The notes below the pieces were generated by a model. That model had not been told where the DNA came from, did not search any database, and saw nothing but the letters and a program-made list of their open reading frames with translations. From assembly GCA_002811645.1 (NCBI GenBank), contig PDIP01000003.1:372001-436000 (forward strand): a DNA stretch of 64,000 nt, given 5' to 3'. The first letter of the stretch is position 1; every line of letters begins with the position of its first letter. Shown here piece by piece: positions 10,148 to 21,565 of the stretch. This DNA comes from Corallochytrium limacisporum Hawaii (lineage: Eukaryota; Protista; Pluriformea). Position numbers and translations under genes: made by a program.

Positions 10148-12478
10148 CGTGATGACTTTCTCATCTATTGTCCCGTCTGATCATCAATGGCCTTTGTGAG
10201 AACATGTGTACAATAACTGATGTAGATTTTCTAGCTTCGTGCGATGCTTTCGTCATTCAAGCACGTGATGAAAATAAGCAGGTCACAAACAGAGCAACCA
10301 CCAAGAGCGACCACCAAAGGCCAGGGGCTCTTAGGTCAACCGGAGGCGACTTCCCCTGCCTTGCGCAGCACAGAACTACTGGTCCCTCCCCTGGGCCCGC
10401 GCGCTTTTTCATTCATTTTCCTTTCCACTTTCGCTCCCCCACCGATACTCTTTCCTTTCGGTCTCCAACTTTCTCGCCCGGTTTGCTTTCCCCCTTTCTT
10501 GCCCCGCTCCTCCGCCAGCCAGGTAAAGAGGGGGGGGTGCTCTCAGGCCGAAGCTCTGCCATTCTCTCTTAAGTGTTCCGTCGACCCACACGACCAACGG
10601 TGGTCACGTAGGGGCTCGTTCTGCCCACTGTTACAGAACCGACGGCGTACGGAACATTGTGTGTCGTGGTGAAAGAGAATAAGAAAGAGACTCCAGAGCA
10701 AAAGCTATATTTTTTTTTTGGTGTGCGTCTCAGGGGAAAGGTGCAAAGGTTTGGGCTGTGACTCTCTCTCTCTCTCCCGGCGGGGCCGGGGGCGGGCGCT
10801 CGCTCGAGGGCCGAAAAGAAAAAGAAAAGGCAAAAAGGGAAAGAAAGAGAATGAATGGAACGGAAGGAAAAAAGTGAGATCCCCCCACACAGGAAAAAAG
10901 TGGTGAGAGCGCAGACACACACAGCGATGGAGAAAAATTGATACGTTGGTAGCAGCCCAGAAAGTCGGTTAATGGCCATCGGCGATCAATGTGTCCTCTG
11001 GCCTCGTCTGGCTCTCCTTTCGATTCCAAGACTGACGACAGTCGTTCAACATGTTAAGAGGATGGCCGTGCTATTACAGAGGTTTGGGTTTCTTGCTACC
11101 TATGGAATCTAAAAGCAGAACCAAGCGACCGGTGCCACACGCCCTCTAACAAACTGAGCCACGCAAAGTGCAATGCCCACGAGATGCGAGGTAGCTGACA
11201 TTTGCAACCGGCAAGGAATGGTTCGAGTGGCTGTTGATCGAAAGTGTGCCCGTCATTGTTGCTGGACTGCTGAAGGGAGATCTACTTCGTTTTCCAAAGT
11301 AATTTGGTGATTGAGGAGGAAATTGGAACTTTCCTCTATTGACCAGATGAGGCAGGATAATCCGTCCAATGCAAGAGTGCCTAAACAATATATATGTCCA
11401 AGGGAATCATGCAATATTAGAATAATGAGATTTTGCGGGGGCCGTGAGATTGGGGGTTAGCGACGATCTTCAAAAATTCGTTATGCTTCCCCACAGTCTG
11501 AACCGAAAATGTTCATTGCTCCACAGCGGCCCGGGGGGGAAGGGGTTGAGAGCGGGTGAGCACATTCGATACGCGGGCCGAAGGCCACACTGAAATTTCA
11601 TGGTGAAACAGAGAAGTGACAATCAAGACACACAGTCGGGCCAGGGTTGGAGGCACTTGGAAGAATTTATTCTTCCCTTTTCCTGGTGCACCCGCCCCGT
11701 CACTCCATACTTTGCCTGCTCATTTTTTTTTAATATGTACTTGTATTGAGAGAATCTATTGAGCCATCATATGTATGATGCAAAACCTGACGCCCGGGGT
11801 TGAGGGAAGGTGTAAGGTTTGCTGTTGGCAGCAGCAGGGCCGCACGCATGGTGAATGAGAAATCGCTTGAGGCTTCTTACTTGGGCCCAGCTAAAGTGTA
11901 ACTACGGTACAACGGCACACGGTGTATGCATCCATGCACATCCTACTTCCCGTTCCAGTCAGTGTGTCCATGGACAGCGTACCCGATCAAGACACCGCGC
12001 TACCACGGGGCACGAGCACTTTGTATCGGAAGAGCCCTCTACGTATGTCGTTAATATTACACATATTCCGTATATATTTTGTTCGGTCCTGAAGCAGAAT
12101 GGTGGTCCCTGGACAAGAAACCTGAGCCGAGCACATATATTTTTTCGATAGGACTGTGAGAGGTGCCAACGCTATCAACGCCGTGCTACCTCGTATAGCC
12201 AATGAGAGAGTTCGATTGGCACAAAGGTACATTCCAATGTATCCTAAGCATTCCAAATTCACCATTTTGTCTGTTGCTTCCCACAACTGGAACTCTTACA
12301 AATTTCCGTATATATTTATTGACAGATCATATAGTAAATTATGTGGTAATGTCGTGCCAGTAAAGGAGTTTGTGGTCTCCGCTTGGAGCGACCAAGAGAT
12401 CAATATTTTGTGAACTGTCCCTCCGTCACCGGGCAGTAAAAGTGGGATCGTTGTCTGCGAACGCATTGTTTTTTTGGG

Positions 12479-12707
12479 NNNNNNNNNNNNNNNNNNNNNN
12501 NNNNNNNNNNNNNNNNNNNNNNNNNNNNNNNNNNNNNNNNNNNNNNNNNNNNNNNNNNNNNNNNNNNNNNNNNNNNNNNNNNNNNNNNNNNNNNNNNNNN
12601 NNNNNNNNNNNNNNNNNNNNNNNNNNNNNNNNNNNNNNNNNNNNNNNNNNNNNNNNNNNNNNNNNNNNNNNNNNNNNNNNNNNNNNNNNNNNNNNNNNNN
12701 NNNNNNN
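12479..12707. other. Assembly gap (N run) flanked by a G homopolymer
   Basis: 229 Ns followed directly by a long G run. Confidence 0.99.
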
Positions 12708-12994
12708 GGGGGGGGGGGGGGGCGATAATAATACACAAAGAGCCAAGCGAACTGCGTGTGCGGGACGATAGCTAAGCAGACCCACCCCAAGTGTCAGGAG
12801 GAGTGGGAGGCCCCCCGGGGGGAGGGGGGGGGTTGTCAGGCTGTTGCTTGCTGCCCATCTTATAGATCCTCCGGACTTGTGGTCCACGTCACTCTTGGTC
12901 CGTACCTACTTTAGAGATGAATCCTAATTCTTGTATGGTGTTGATGCGCTGCACATATGGTTGATTTCATGAATATGCCTAGTTGAAGGTTGAT

Positions 12995-15900
12995 ATGGAG
13001 GGTGGTGTGAGCCCCCCAACACTATCTCCAGCTCTCAAGGCTCCAGCCTGGAGGCGCAACCACCGGACCGGTGGGTCAGCAGTCGTTGACGGACAGCGGT
13101 TTGATTTACTGCTACTGGAAGCCGGAGATACATACCTTTTCGACCGAAGTGTCTTATACAATCCTCCAGGGGACTTCGACAAGATCCACGCAGCGCATAC
13201 AAAGGCACCCAAACATGGATTGAATTGGCTTCGGGGGCGACTGTTCGTATGCACTTATGCACTATATTTTGAGCCCCGTGATCTAACACTACCCATTGTG
13301 AAGATTGCATACGAAGACACTAAAGATATATCTTCTCTGCAGCTCAGTGAGCAGGACGTGGCGATGGATAGTGATCCCTTAAGTAAGGACCAGGACAACT
13401 ACACGGCGATCCAGTTGAAGAGTACACAATGGGCTGAGATGCGTCAGGGAAATCAAATCGGTCCCCACATTCGTCACGAATATAAGGACCCTCGAACACA
13501 TAAGTTTCTACCCAGGCTACATGGTATTGACGATTTGCAGCACACGATGGGAGTATGCTTGGAAGCAAGTCGATCGAAGGCGCACCAGCGGGCAGCAGCG
13601 TTGCAGCCTCTGATCGATGATCTCGGCGAACGCAACAAATTTGACTACCGCTGGATGTTTGATAGTGTGGCAGAAGAGACATTGATGAATATTCCATGCC
13701 GGCGGATCACTCCCATGGTATCCCTACCGGGTCGTGTGGTATTGTCCAATCGGGGAGTGTACTATCAGTCGTATGCCAAAATCGGAACGAACCCGGTCTA
13801 TAGGCAGAGGCTCTCGGACCTAAAACTGTTCCTTCGCCGCCGAGTGTTCTACGAATTGCGAGGGGTGGAGTTGATTTTTGCGGGCAAGGAGGAAGGTGGT
13901 GATAAAGTCCTGTTCTTAGCATTCGACAACGTCCAAGCAACCAATGTGTTTCTTGAGCAACTTGCCAAGGGAAGTTCTACTGCCCTGCATGATCTGGCCA
14001 GCATGGGACCCCATTTCACTTGGAGTTGGCTGTTTGGCGAAATCACAACATTCGATTATCTCATGTTTTTGAATCATTCCGCTGGTCGGTCATTCAATGA
14101 TCTGAGTCAGTATCCGGTGTTTCCGTGGATTATCCAGAGTTACGAAGGTAAGGACCTCGTTCTGACTGATGAAGGGACTTTTCGGGACCTCTCCAAGCCG
14201 ATCGGAGCCCTCGAACCTGGACGTTTGGAAATCTTCAGGGAGCGGTACGATGAGATGCCTGAACCTAAGTTCATGTACGGGAGCCACTATAGCACACCGG
14301 GATATGTCCTCCACTACCTGGTCCGTGAGGTACCCCAGTATCTTCTGTGCCTGCAGAATGGACGCTTTGATCATGCCGATCGCACATTCACAAAGATTGG
14401 CGAGGCCTGGCAGGGTGTTCTGACATCACGGACGGACTTAAAGGAGCTGATACCCGAATTTTTCATGCCGCCAGGAGATTTCCTCATCAACCTGCAGGGA
14501 CTTCGGCTGGGCACAAGGCAAGCGGGTGGAATTGTTGACGATGTGATCTTACCACCGTGGGCTAACGGCTCGGCCAAGGAGTTCACTGAAATGCAGTGCA
14601 AAGCTCTGAACGAGGCGCCCTATGTCAACAACAATATTCAACACTGGATCGACCTCATCTTTGGCTACAAGCAACAGGGAGGAGATGCGGTTAAGGCAAA
14701 CAATGTCTTCCATCCCATGACCTACGAGGAACAGGTTGATTGGACTTCCGTGTCTGAACAGGACGCTGAAGGATTAAAACTGCAGATCCAAGAGTTTGGT
14801 CAAACCCCCATGCAATTGTTCCATCGGCCACATCCGCCCAGGATTGGTTCCGGTGGGACAGGAAACACGGATCACATATGGAAGGAGTGCATTGATCTTT
14901 GGTGTGAGTTCTCCAGGAAGGTTCAGGGCCGTTCGCCGTTGGCTTATTCGCCGCAGCTGGCGGCGGCGACCTTAACAAGCACCAGTGGACCCGGACTGTC
15001 ACCAAGCCGGCAAAAGCAGGCAGCAACTTTGATACAGCCCCTCGGGGTGCGCGAACTGATCCTGGATATTGTTCTCGAAGTTAATCTGCATTCCAGCCCA
15101 GTCACTGGCATCAAGGTACTGGACGATCTTCGCATGGCCATTGCCTTTGATGATGGTACTGTAATCGTATACGACGGTGAGGAGGAGAAGGTACTACGCC
15201 AAACCAAACTGTTGGACATGCCAATTTTAGATGTTGTCGATTTTGATGGAGGGCGGGCCATCCTCAGTGCCAAGGACAGCAACCTGCACTTCTTCATGGC
15301 CAGCTCGGGTATGGAGGCCTGCGCTTGGACTGTCCAGGATGCTCTTATTTCTGGCGCTCGGTTTGATAGGGTCTCCAAGGCTGTGTATACCTCGGGCACC
15401 GATGGCCGGGTGGCAGTGCACCGGGTGCCAGATGGGATTCCGAATGGCAATACTCCGCGAGCCCTAGAGGTCATCGAAGGTTTGGATCGGCCCGTGACAC
15501 AGATTCTCGGACTCGGCTGCAGTGTACATGTGGATAAAGATGTTGCATTGCTGTTCAGTAGTGCAGGGCACATTCATGTCTGGCATACCCGCTATGATGA
15601 TGTCACGCAGACCTTGCACATTGGGGACTACGTGCGCGGGTGGACCGATTCTGCACAAGTGCTCTCAGTCGAGGCTCTCTTCCTGGAGTGCCAAGGACTT
15701 GTTACCCATGCCAATCGGCACGAGTGCATCCATATCATCATGGTATGTGCAACGACCTTCATTGCAGTGTTTGATGTTGGTCTCTTGGCTGATCAGAATG
15801 GGGGCCTTGTCTGCGCGATCAGTCCGCGCACAGCAAAGGGTGAACAGATTATCTTTAAGCCCCCCCAGGATCAGTACTCACTCGCTGCCGTACTCTCTGC

Positions 15901-16141
15901 CAGCGAACATGAACTTCAGGGCACCGAATACGTGGTGATTGCAGCTGCCCTCGGCAACGGTGATGTTCTTCTGTACGATGCCGGTGACCCGTCCCTGACC
16001 CTTGCACATATCAGCGTAGCTGCCAATATGTTCCCGCAGTGCATTGGAACCAATGGCAATGTTGCTGCCATGGGCTTTGCAGATGGCAGCATCAAGATGC
16101 TAACTGTCAGCCGCGAGGATGATGAAGACGAGCACGGTTAA
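12995..16141 (+). CDS. NSMAF: FAN/NSMAF-like GRAM/PH-BEACH-WD40 protein
   Basis: N-terminal RFDLLLLEAGDTY and GRLFVC typical of FAN. BEACH motifs GRSFNDLSQYPVFPW, YGSHYSTPGYV, ELIPEFF, WIDLIFGYKQ, EFGQTP. Degenerate WD40 C-terminus. First ATG at 12995. Confidence 0.9.
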   Translation: MEGGVSPPTLSPALKAPAWRRNHRTGGSAVVDGQRFDLLLLEAGDTYLFDRSVLYNPPGDFDKIHAAHTKAPKHGLNWLRGRLFVCTYALYFEPRDLTLPIVKIAYEDTKDISSLQLSEQDVAMDSDPLSKDQDNYTAIQLKSTQWAEMRQGNQIGPHIRHEYKDPRTHKFLPRLHGIDDLQHTMGVCLEASRSKAHQRAAALQPLIDDLGERNKFDYRWMFDSVAEETLMNIPCRRITPMVSLPGRVVLSNRGVYYQSYAKIGTNPVYRQRLSDLKLFLRRRVFYELRGVELIFAGKEEGGDKVLFLAFDNVQATNVFLEQLAKGSSTALHDLASMGPHFTWSWLFGEITTFDYLMFLNHSAGRSFNDLSQYPVFPWIIQSYEGKDLVLTDEGTFRDLSKPIGALEPGRLEIFRERYDEMPEPKFMYGSHYSTPGYVLHYLVREVPQYLLCLQNGRFDHADRTFTKIGEAWQGVLTSRTDLKELIPEFFMPPGDFLINLQGLRLGTRQAGGIVDDVILPPWANGSAKEFTEMQCKALNEAPYVNNNIQHWIDLIFGYKQQGGDAVKANNVFHPMTYEEQVDWTSVSEQDAEGLKLQIQEFGQTPMQLFHRPHPPRIGSGGTGNTDHIWKECIDLWCEFSRKVQGRSPLAYSPQLAAATLTSTSGPGLSPSRQKQAATLIQPLGVRELILDIVLEVNLHSSPVTGIKVLDDLRMAIAFDDGTVIVYDGEEEKVLRQTKLLDMPILDVVDFDGGRAILSAKDSNLHFFMASSGMEACAWTVQDALISGARFDRVSKAVYTSGTDGRVAVHRVPDGIPNGNTPRALEVIEGLDRPVTQILGLGCSVHVDKDVALLFSSAGHIHVWHTRYDDVTQTLHIGDYVRGWTDSAQVLSVEALFLECQGLVTHANRHECIHIIMVCATTFIAVFDVGLLADQNGGLVCAISPRTAKGEQIIFKPPQDQYSLAAVLSASEHELQGTEYVVIAAALGNGDVLLYDAGDPSLTLAHISVAANMFPQCIGTNGNVAAMGFADGSIKMLTVSREDDEDEHG

Positions 16142-16387
16142 AAGGTACTCCGAAAATAAAAAGAGTTAAAGAATTTCACACAGTAAAGGATGTGATCTGA
16201 AAGGATGGAAGATTTGTTTATGATGTTGGTTTGGAGGCATACACTTGTCCAAGAGTAGGACACTGCCCTACGGATACCCCTTTCTTCAATTAAGATGTCA
16301 AACGTCAGTCATAGTAGCAAGGATTTTCTGTACTTGCAGGTTGAGCCAATTGCAGGAAAACTCTGTTCGTCCCGACCCTCTACATGT

Positions 16388-16894
16388 TTAGAGTTGGTAC
16401 TTCTCCCGGATGGCAGCAGAGCGCTCTTCCCGTTCTGCGTTGCGTTCGTTGTACTCGCTCCGGCGCATGGCACTTTCGTCGGCATACTGCTTGTCTTCGT
16501 GCGTTTTCCACCTGGAGTAGTTGTTCAGGCTGCGGCGGCGAGCGCAGTAGCAGCAGCAAGCGGTGATCAGCGACAGGAGGACGGCACCACAGATTGCAAT
16601 AATGACCCAGAACCACATCTGAGACACCGAGCACGTTAGCCAGTAAGTGTCAGAACCAGAGCAGTCGAAAGTCTCTTGATTGCTGTTGGTGTAAGAAGCC
16701 AGGTTTCCCACGTCATTGGCCACCAGGCACTTACCAAATGACTCTCCGTCGGGAATGGCATCGCACCAACCGCACCCGCTATTGCCAACGCAGCCGCCGC
16801 AACTTGTGTATTGACTGCAGTCGGTAGCAGACTGAGCCAGAGCCTGGGCCACAAAGCCCATCAAGGTAGCAATGATCGTGTTGGTAGACGTCAT
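16388..16894 (-). CDS. PTTG1IP: PTTG1IP/PBF-like PSI-domain single-pass membrane protein
   Basis: Signal peptide, PSI domain (CSQYTSCGGCVGNSGCGWC), TM helix, CCCYC cluster, C-terminal ...AIREKYQL matching the PBF tail. Confidence 0.8.
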   Translation of the reverse strand: MTSTNTIIATLMGFVAQALAQSATDCSQYTSCGGCVGNSGCGWCDAIPDGESFGKCLVANDVGNLASYTNSNQETFDCSGSDTYWLTCSVSQMWFWVIIAICGAVLLSLITACCCYCARRRSLNNYSRWKTHEDKQYADESAMRRSEYNERNAEREERSAAIREKYQL

Positions 16895-17357
16895 TGTAAT
16901 ATTACAATAGGATCTCGTGAATCACAATTCTCCTAACCCTGAAACACGATTCTTTAGGTCACCGTACACTAACAATCTCAACGACGTTTCTCATACTTCC
17001 GCAAATATCTTGTCTCAAATAGCGGATACGTCGCTGTGACGTTAGCTGACATTTATTTCACGGCAATTAACACGATTTTCTTTGCCGACCTAGTCCTCAC
17101 ACAAGCTTCTTGGGAAAGCAGTTGTGCGTATAGAGAGAGAGAGCGACTCTGTGCGTGTGTGTGTCTGTGCGGGTGTGTACTCGGCGACAATGCAAGGAAC
17201 AGATCTCTAACATCGAGACCAAAACCCACGACCAAAAAACTTGCCCCCTCCCCCCCCTTCTTCCTTCCCTTCCCTCCAGAACGCGGGTCATTAGAATAGG
17301 ACTTTTTTTGGCCCTCAATAAAGACAAGAAAGAGCGAGAAGAAAAGGAACAAATTGC

Positions 17358-17620
17358 GCAGCAGCAGCAGCAGCGGCGCACCTCATCAGCAAACTGCCGC
17401 ACCCCCCCCGGGGGGGGGGGGGCGCGGGCATTCCCCCTCCCCTTCCCCCCAAAGGGGGGGGNNNNNNNNNNNNNNNNNNNNNNNNNNNNNNNNNNNNNNN
17501 NNNNNNNNNNNNNNNNNNCAGCAGCAGCAGCGGCGCCCCTCATCAGCAAACTGCCGCCCCCCCCCCGGGGGGGGGGGGGGCGCTTCCATTCCCTCTGCCC
17601 TTCCCCGCAAAGGGGGGGGA
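17358..17620. repeat. Imperfect ~100-nt direct duplication on both sides of a 57-N gap (probable unmerged contig overlap)
   Basis: cagcagcagcggcgc.cctcatcagcaaactgccgc-C run-G run occurs at about 17358-17461 and again at 17519-17620. Ns span 17462-17518. Confidence 0.85.
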
Positions 17621-17859
17621 GAGCTCTCAGGAGTTGCCACCTCCTTCTCTCATTTCCGTCCCGTGGCTCACAACACCAATTTATCCTCACACATTTAATA
17701 TATAATTACAAGAATACTCACCATTAATTGCACAAATGCCTAGGCATTTCGCAGCGTTGGCCGGCAAAGTGCCTACCTGTTCCGTCCCGCTTTTATCGGT
17801 GCCCCGCCGCCTTCGGAAAGGATTCCTTTAAACCGTCCGACACCGCCCGTCTTTTTCTT

Positions 17860-17970
17860 CTCTCCTTTCTCACTTCCACTCTCCCTCCCTCTCTCTCTCT
17901 CTCTCCCTCTGTGTCTCTGTCTCTCTGTGTTGCCTCTTTCCCCCGGTTTTCAATTTCATTTCCCCCCCCT
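17860..17970. repeat. CT-rich microsatellite/polypyrimidine tract
   Basis: ctctctctct.../gtctctgtctctct runs. Similar (CT)n/(GA)n tracts at about 10762-10776, 17132-17143, 44953-44987 and 45440-45500. Confidence 0.8.
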
Positions 17971-20900
17971 CTTGGTGGGTTCGTGAACACATCATGATCT
18001 TTGGCAGTGACGGGGGACTAAGTGGGAAACCAAGTTTTTTTTTTTTGCGTGCCGCCCGTTCTCAGTCTGCGGATGAAAACACCGGAAGCGATGATAAAAG
18101 CGAACGCCAGAAAGGAGAGGAGAGGGGAGGGGGGTTGTCCCTTTTTACATCGAGCGGTGGTGAAGGTTTGCTGTCGCTTTGTCGTCACCCGCGCGTATCC
18201 CCCCCGAAGGGGGGGGGGAAGGCGGCGGAGCAGGGGAACACCCTCCCCCCCTCCCCCGGGGCAATCGGCTCTGCGTGCTGGCCACCGACCAGCAAACGGT
18301 AGGAGGCAATAGGTCACTCCCCACCGCTTTTCTCACATACTCATATTAAATAAATGAGATAGTATTCCCACTTGAAGAGAGGTTTATCTCACAGAGGCCA
18401 TTCCGGTGCACTATCACGCGCAGGTGGCCCCGGACCCCCTTCTTCGGTGTCATCCGTGGCCCTTCCTTTCGTGCTTCGGTCGTTGTAAAACTCCTCTTCC
18501 TTTTTTTCTTTTTGGTCCTTTCTTACCCCGGTGTTCCCTAGTCTCAACTCAAATGCCAGAAGACACGAACGGTCCTGATTTGGTCTTGGGTATTTGCCTC
18601 ACTGTTTCTTTGTGATGATGGAGGACCTATTTCCCTGTTCGCCCGCTCAAGATTTTTTTTCTTCCTTGTCGTTCCTTCGTTCCTTCGGTGTTTCCCCCTT
18701 CCCTGTCTCAACTGCGGTCCGCCTCCTTTTCCTTTGCGATCCCTTGGTAATTATCATTGTCACTTTTTTGGCTATTGGCGCGCGGTCGGTTTTCAACTTT
18801 CGCGTGCTCTGAGTTTAGTCCCTGTTCTGTTTTCGCCTTTCCACGGATCCAGTCCTTAAGGAAAGTCACCTCTTTTTTTTTTCCCTTTGGTACCCTTTGG
18901 CTAGCTTTAAAAAATTACCGTAGCGGCGGGTGACCCCTCATTGGCTCGCAGGCAGTGCACCCACGGAGCTTTCACCAACCCGGACGCACCCCTTTCTACT
19001 ATTCACGATCAGGGCGTAGTGCGGGTTGGTACCTATGTCTTAAGCACACACGCGTCGTCGGTCCCCCCCCCTTCCCCACAGTGCTCGGTCCTCTTCACCT
19101 GGGACAGGTCGGACGAACAAGGCCCTGCTTTCATACACAAACAATGGAGTAAATTACGAAAGAGAAGAAAAGGAAGGGGGGGGGAGACGAGAGGGGCCAA
19201 GGGGTGCGGAGAGAGCGTGGTTCCCCTTCCCAACGGAAAACGCGAAGAATGGGAGGGGCCGGTGATACCGTTTTCTTCGCTATTTATATGCCTCTTTTTC
19301 TCTCTCGTCCCTGCCCAGCCACGAAAGGGGGAGGGAGGGGGTTTGGAGGGGGGGGTTCTCCGCCCTTATTTTTTTCTATTTCGTTTTGCCTCGTCCTGCA
19401 CTTTCGTCGTTGTTTGCCGGGTGTTTCTTTATTGTGTTTCTTGGGAGTTTGCAACGGGGTCTCGTTTTCCTTATCTCCCGCCCCCGTCGTGGTGTCCGGT
19501 CTGTTTGCAACCAACGCTTGGTCATGGCAATCTTGGAGCAAAGGGATCCACGGCGGTTGGGGGAGTCCCCGGGGAAGGGGGGGTTTGTTTGGACTTGACG
19601 GGGTTACGAGCACCATCGCTCTTTGTTTGCTGCGATCGATGAAACGAACCACGGGTCCACTGAAAGATCTGGATAACGGAGAACCTTTGCTTGAAACAGT
19701 AGGCTTGGATAGGTCCTCTCAATTCTTTAACGCACACATCTGATACAATTTATTCATACCAAATCAACAGATTCTGTATAACTTCTGTTATCCCCAAGAA
19801 AATCGGTAAGTATTGGTATCTGTCCGCCCAACACCCGCAAGTACCCCGGGAGCCTTGGGCCTGTTCTCTCCCCCTTCCCTTCCGCCTCGATCGGTCTCTT
19901 CCTCTTGGAACCACCCGGGATTCCTTGCCCCCAGTACCGCCCCGCAACCATCTAATTCATGTGTTGCCAATCGGTGGGGTGGTGGCTCTCACCCTGGGTT
20001 TTTGTTGGACTTGTCACTTGCGCCTGCGTTGACATAATCACCGAGCAGTGAAGAGACAGAGGGTGAGCTCGGAACCTAAAAGGCAGAGTGTGGACGGTGT
20101 ACGGTATATATATGCACACCGCGGACGGAGCGGGGCGGTGCTAGACCCTGCAATTTCAGCGCGGTACACACATGTGCGATTTAAGAGTGACTAAGAACAT
20201 TGGACCATTGCTTCCAAGGCCAGGCACAGTATCTGGGTGCCGAACGACACAGGAATGAGAAAATGAAATAAGGGCCAATCTCCATCATCCATCATCTGGG
20301 CCCCTGTGCGCGTTCACTATGGAGAACGCGACACACTTCTGGTGCAGTGGAGGAAAAGAGATATTTTCAGTGCGCATATTTAAAAATAAATCAACGTTGG
20401 CGGTAGAAACGAACCCCCCCCCGGGGGGGGGGGTTGTTTGGTTGCAAAACTTCGTTTCCGGTCACGGTGCACCACCACGAGAGCACCAGATCAAAAGTAC
20501 ACTTCATTCCGCGACTTCCGCGAGTAACCGGCAGGTTTTGGAACTTTCCTGCCATAGTTCTGATACCGGAGACAACCTCCAAAAGAGAAACCAAAAAGAA
20601 AAAAAAATAACAGAAACAAAACACAACGCAAGGGGCTGTCGTAACTCTTCGCTCTGGAAAAACTGACTGACTCTGCGTAGTTGGCTGGCAACGTACGGCA
20701 TGGGATTTCCATAGCGGACCTATCCCAAGTGACGACAGGGAGAGGAGTTAGGCGGCGAAGCACGCACGCACCATCGTGGTGTCCGCACAAGATTGGGTTG
20801 TCATTAGCTGGAAATCACATACCTTGTGTGGACGCCATGATGCCCTAGAGTACGCAGAAACAGTTTTGCTCAGGAAAGTCCCTCCTGTGCGCGAGAAAGA

Positions 20901-21565
20901 AGCGACACAAATGACGACGATGACTACGATGGTGATCAGCATGGCCAGCAAGACGACCGATCTTTCAAAACCTTCACACTATATTGATCAATTTCAGTAA
21001 ATTTACTTTAATGATAATACAATGGGTTCCAGTTAGAAACAGGTCAGGGCCTGCAGAGTGTGTTATATATATTTACAAGTGTCTCCGCGCTCTGGACGGA
21101 CCGGACCGCTTCTCTTCGTTCCGACCCCCCCCCTTTTACTACTACTACTACCTTTCAAGAGGGAGTTTTTTTTCCTTGCGGGGAGCCTTGGAACTGAAAG
21201 TACCGGAAGTTTTGCCTTTTGGGGAGCCTTGGGTGTTGGCACTCCTTCCCGGCCATTGGCTGAAAATCCATACTGGACAAATGCAGCAAGGGGAGCAAGA
21301 AGCCTGCGCCCGTACGTGTCCAAAGTGAACAAGGATAACATGGCTTTGCGGACTTCAGCTGCATTCTGCACAAGCCAAGGTTTGCTCCGGCCGTGATGTG
21401 CGCTCTAGAAAATGATTATGATTGGCACGAAAGACATATTCCGGGAGGGTACTCAAAGGGTGGCGTAAGACAAGAGGGTGGTATGACTGGCGGCCCGGGA
21501 TCAGGAAACTCTGTAATCTAGTAGACAGCCAGTATGGGTCGTAGGCACGTACGTCGGTTTACAAA

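Noticed and set aside
17358-17620. Tandem repeat or mobile element around the N gap
   Set aside because: The copies flank the gap symmetrically and differ mainly in and around homopolymer runs, which is typical of unmerged contig ends.
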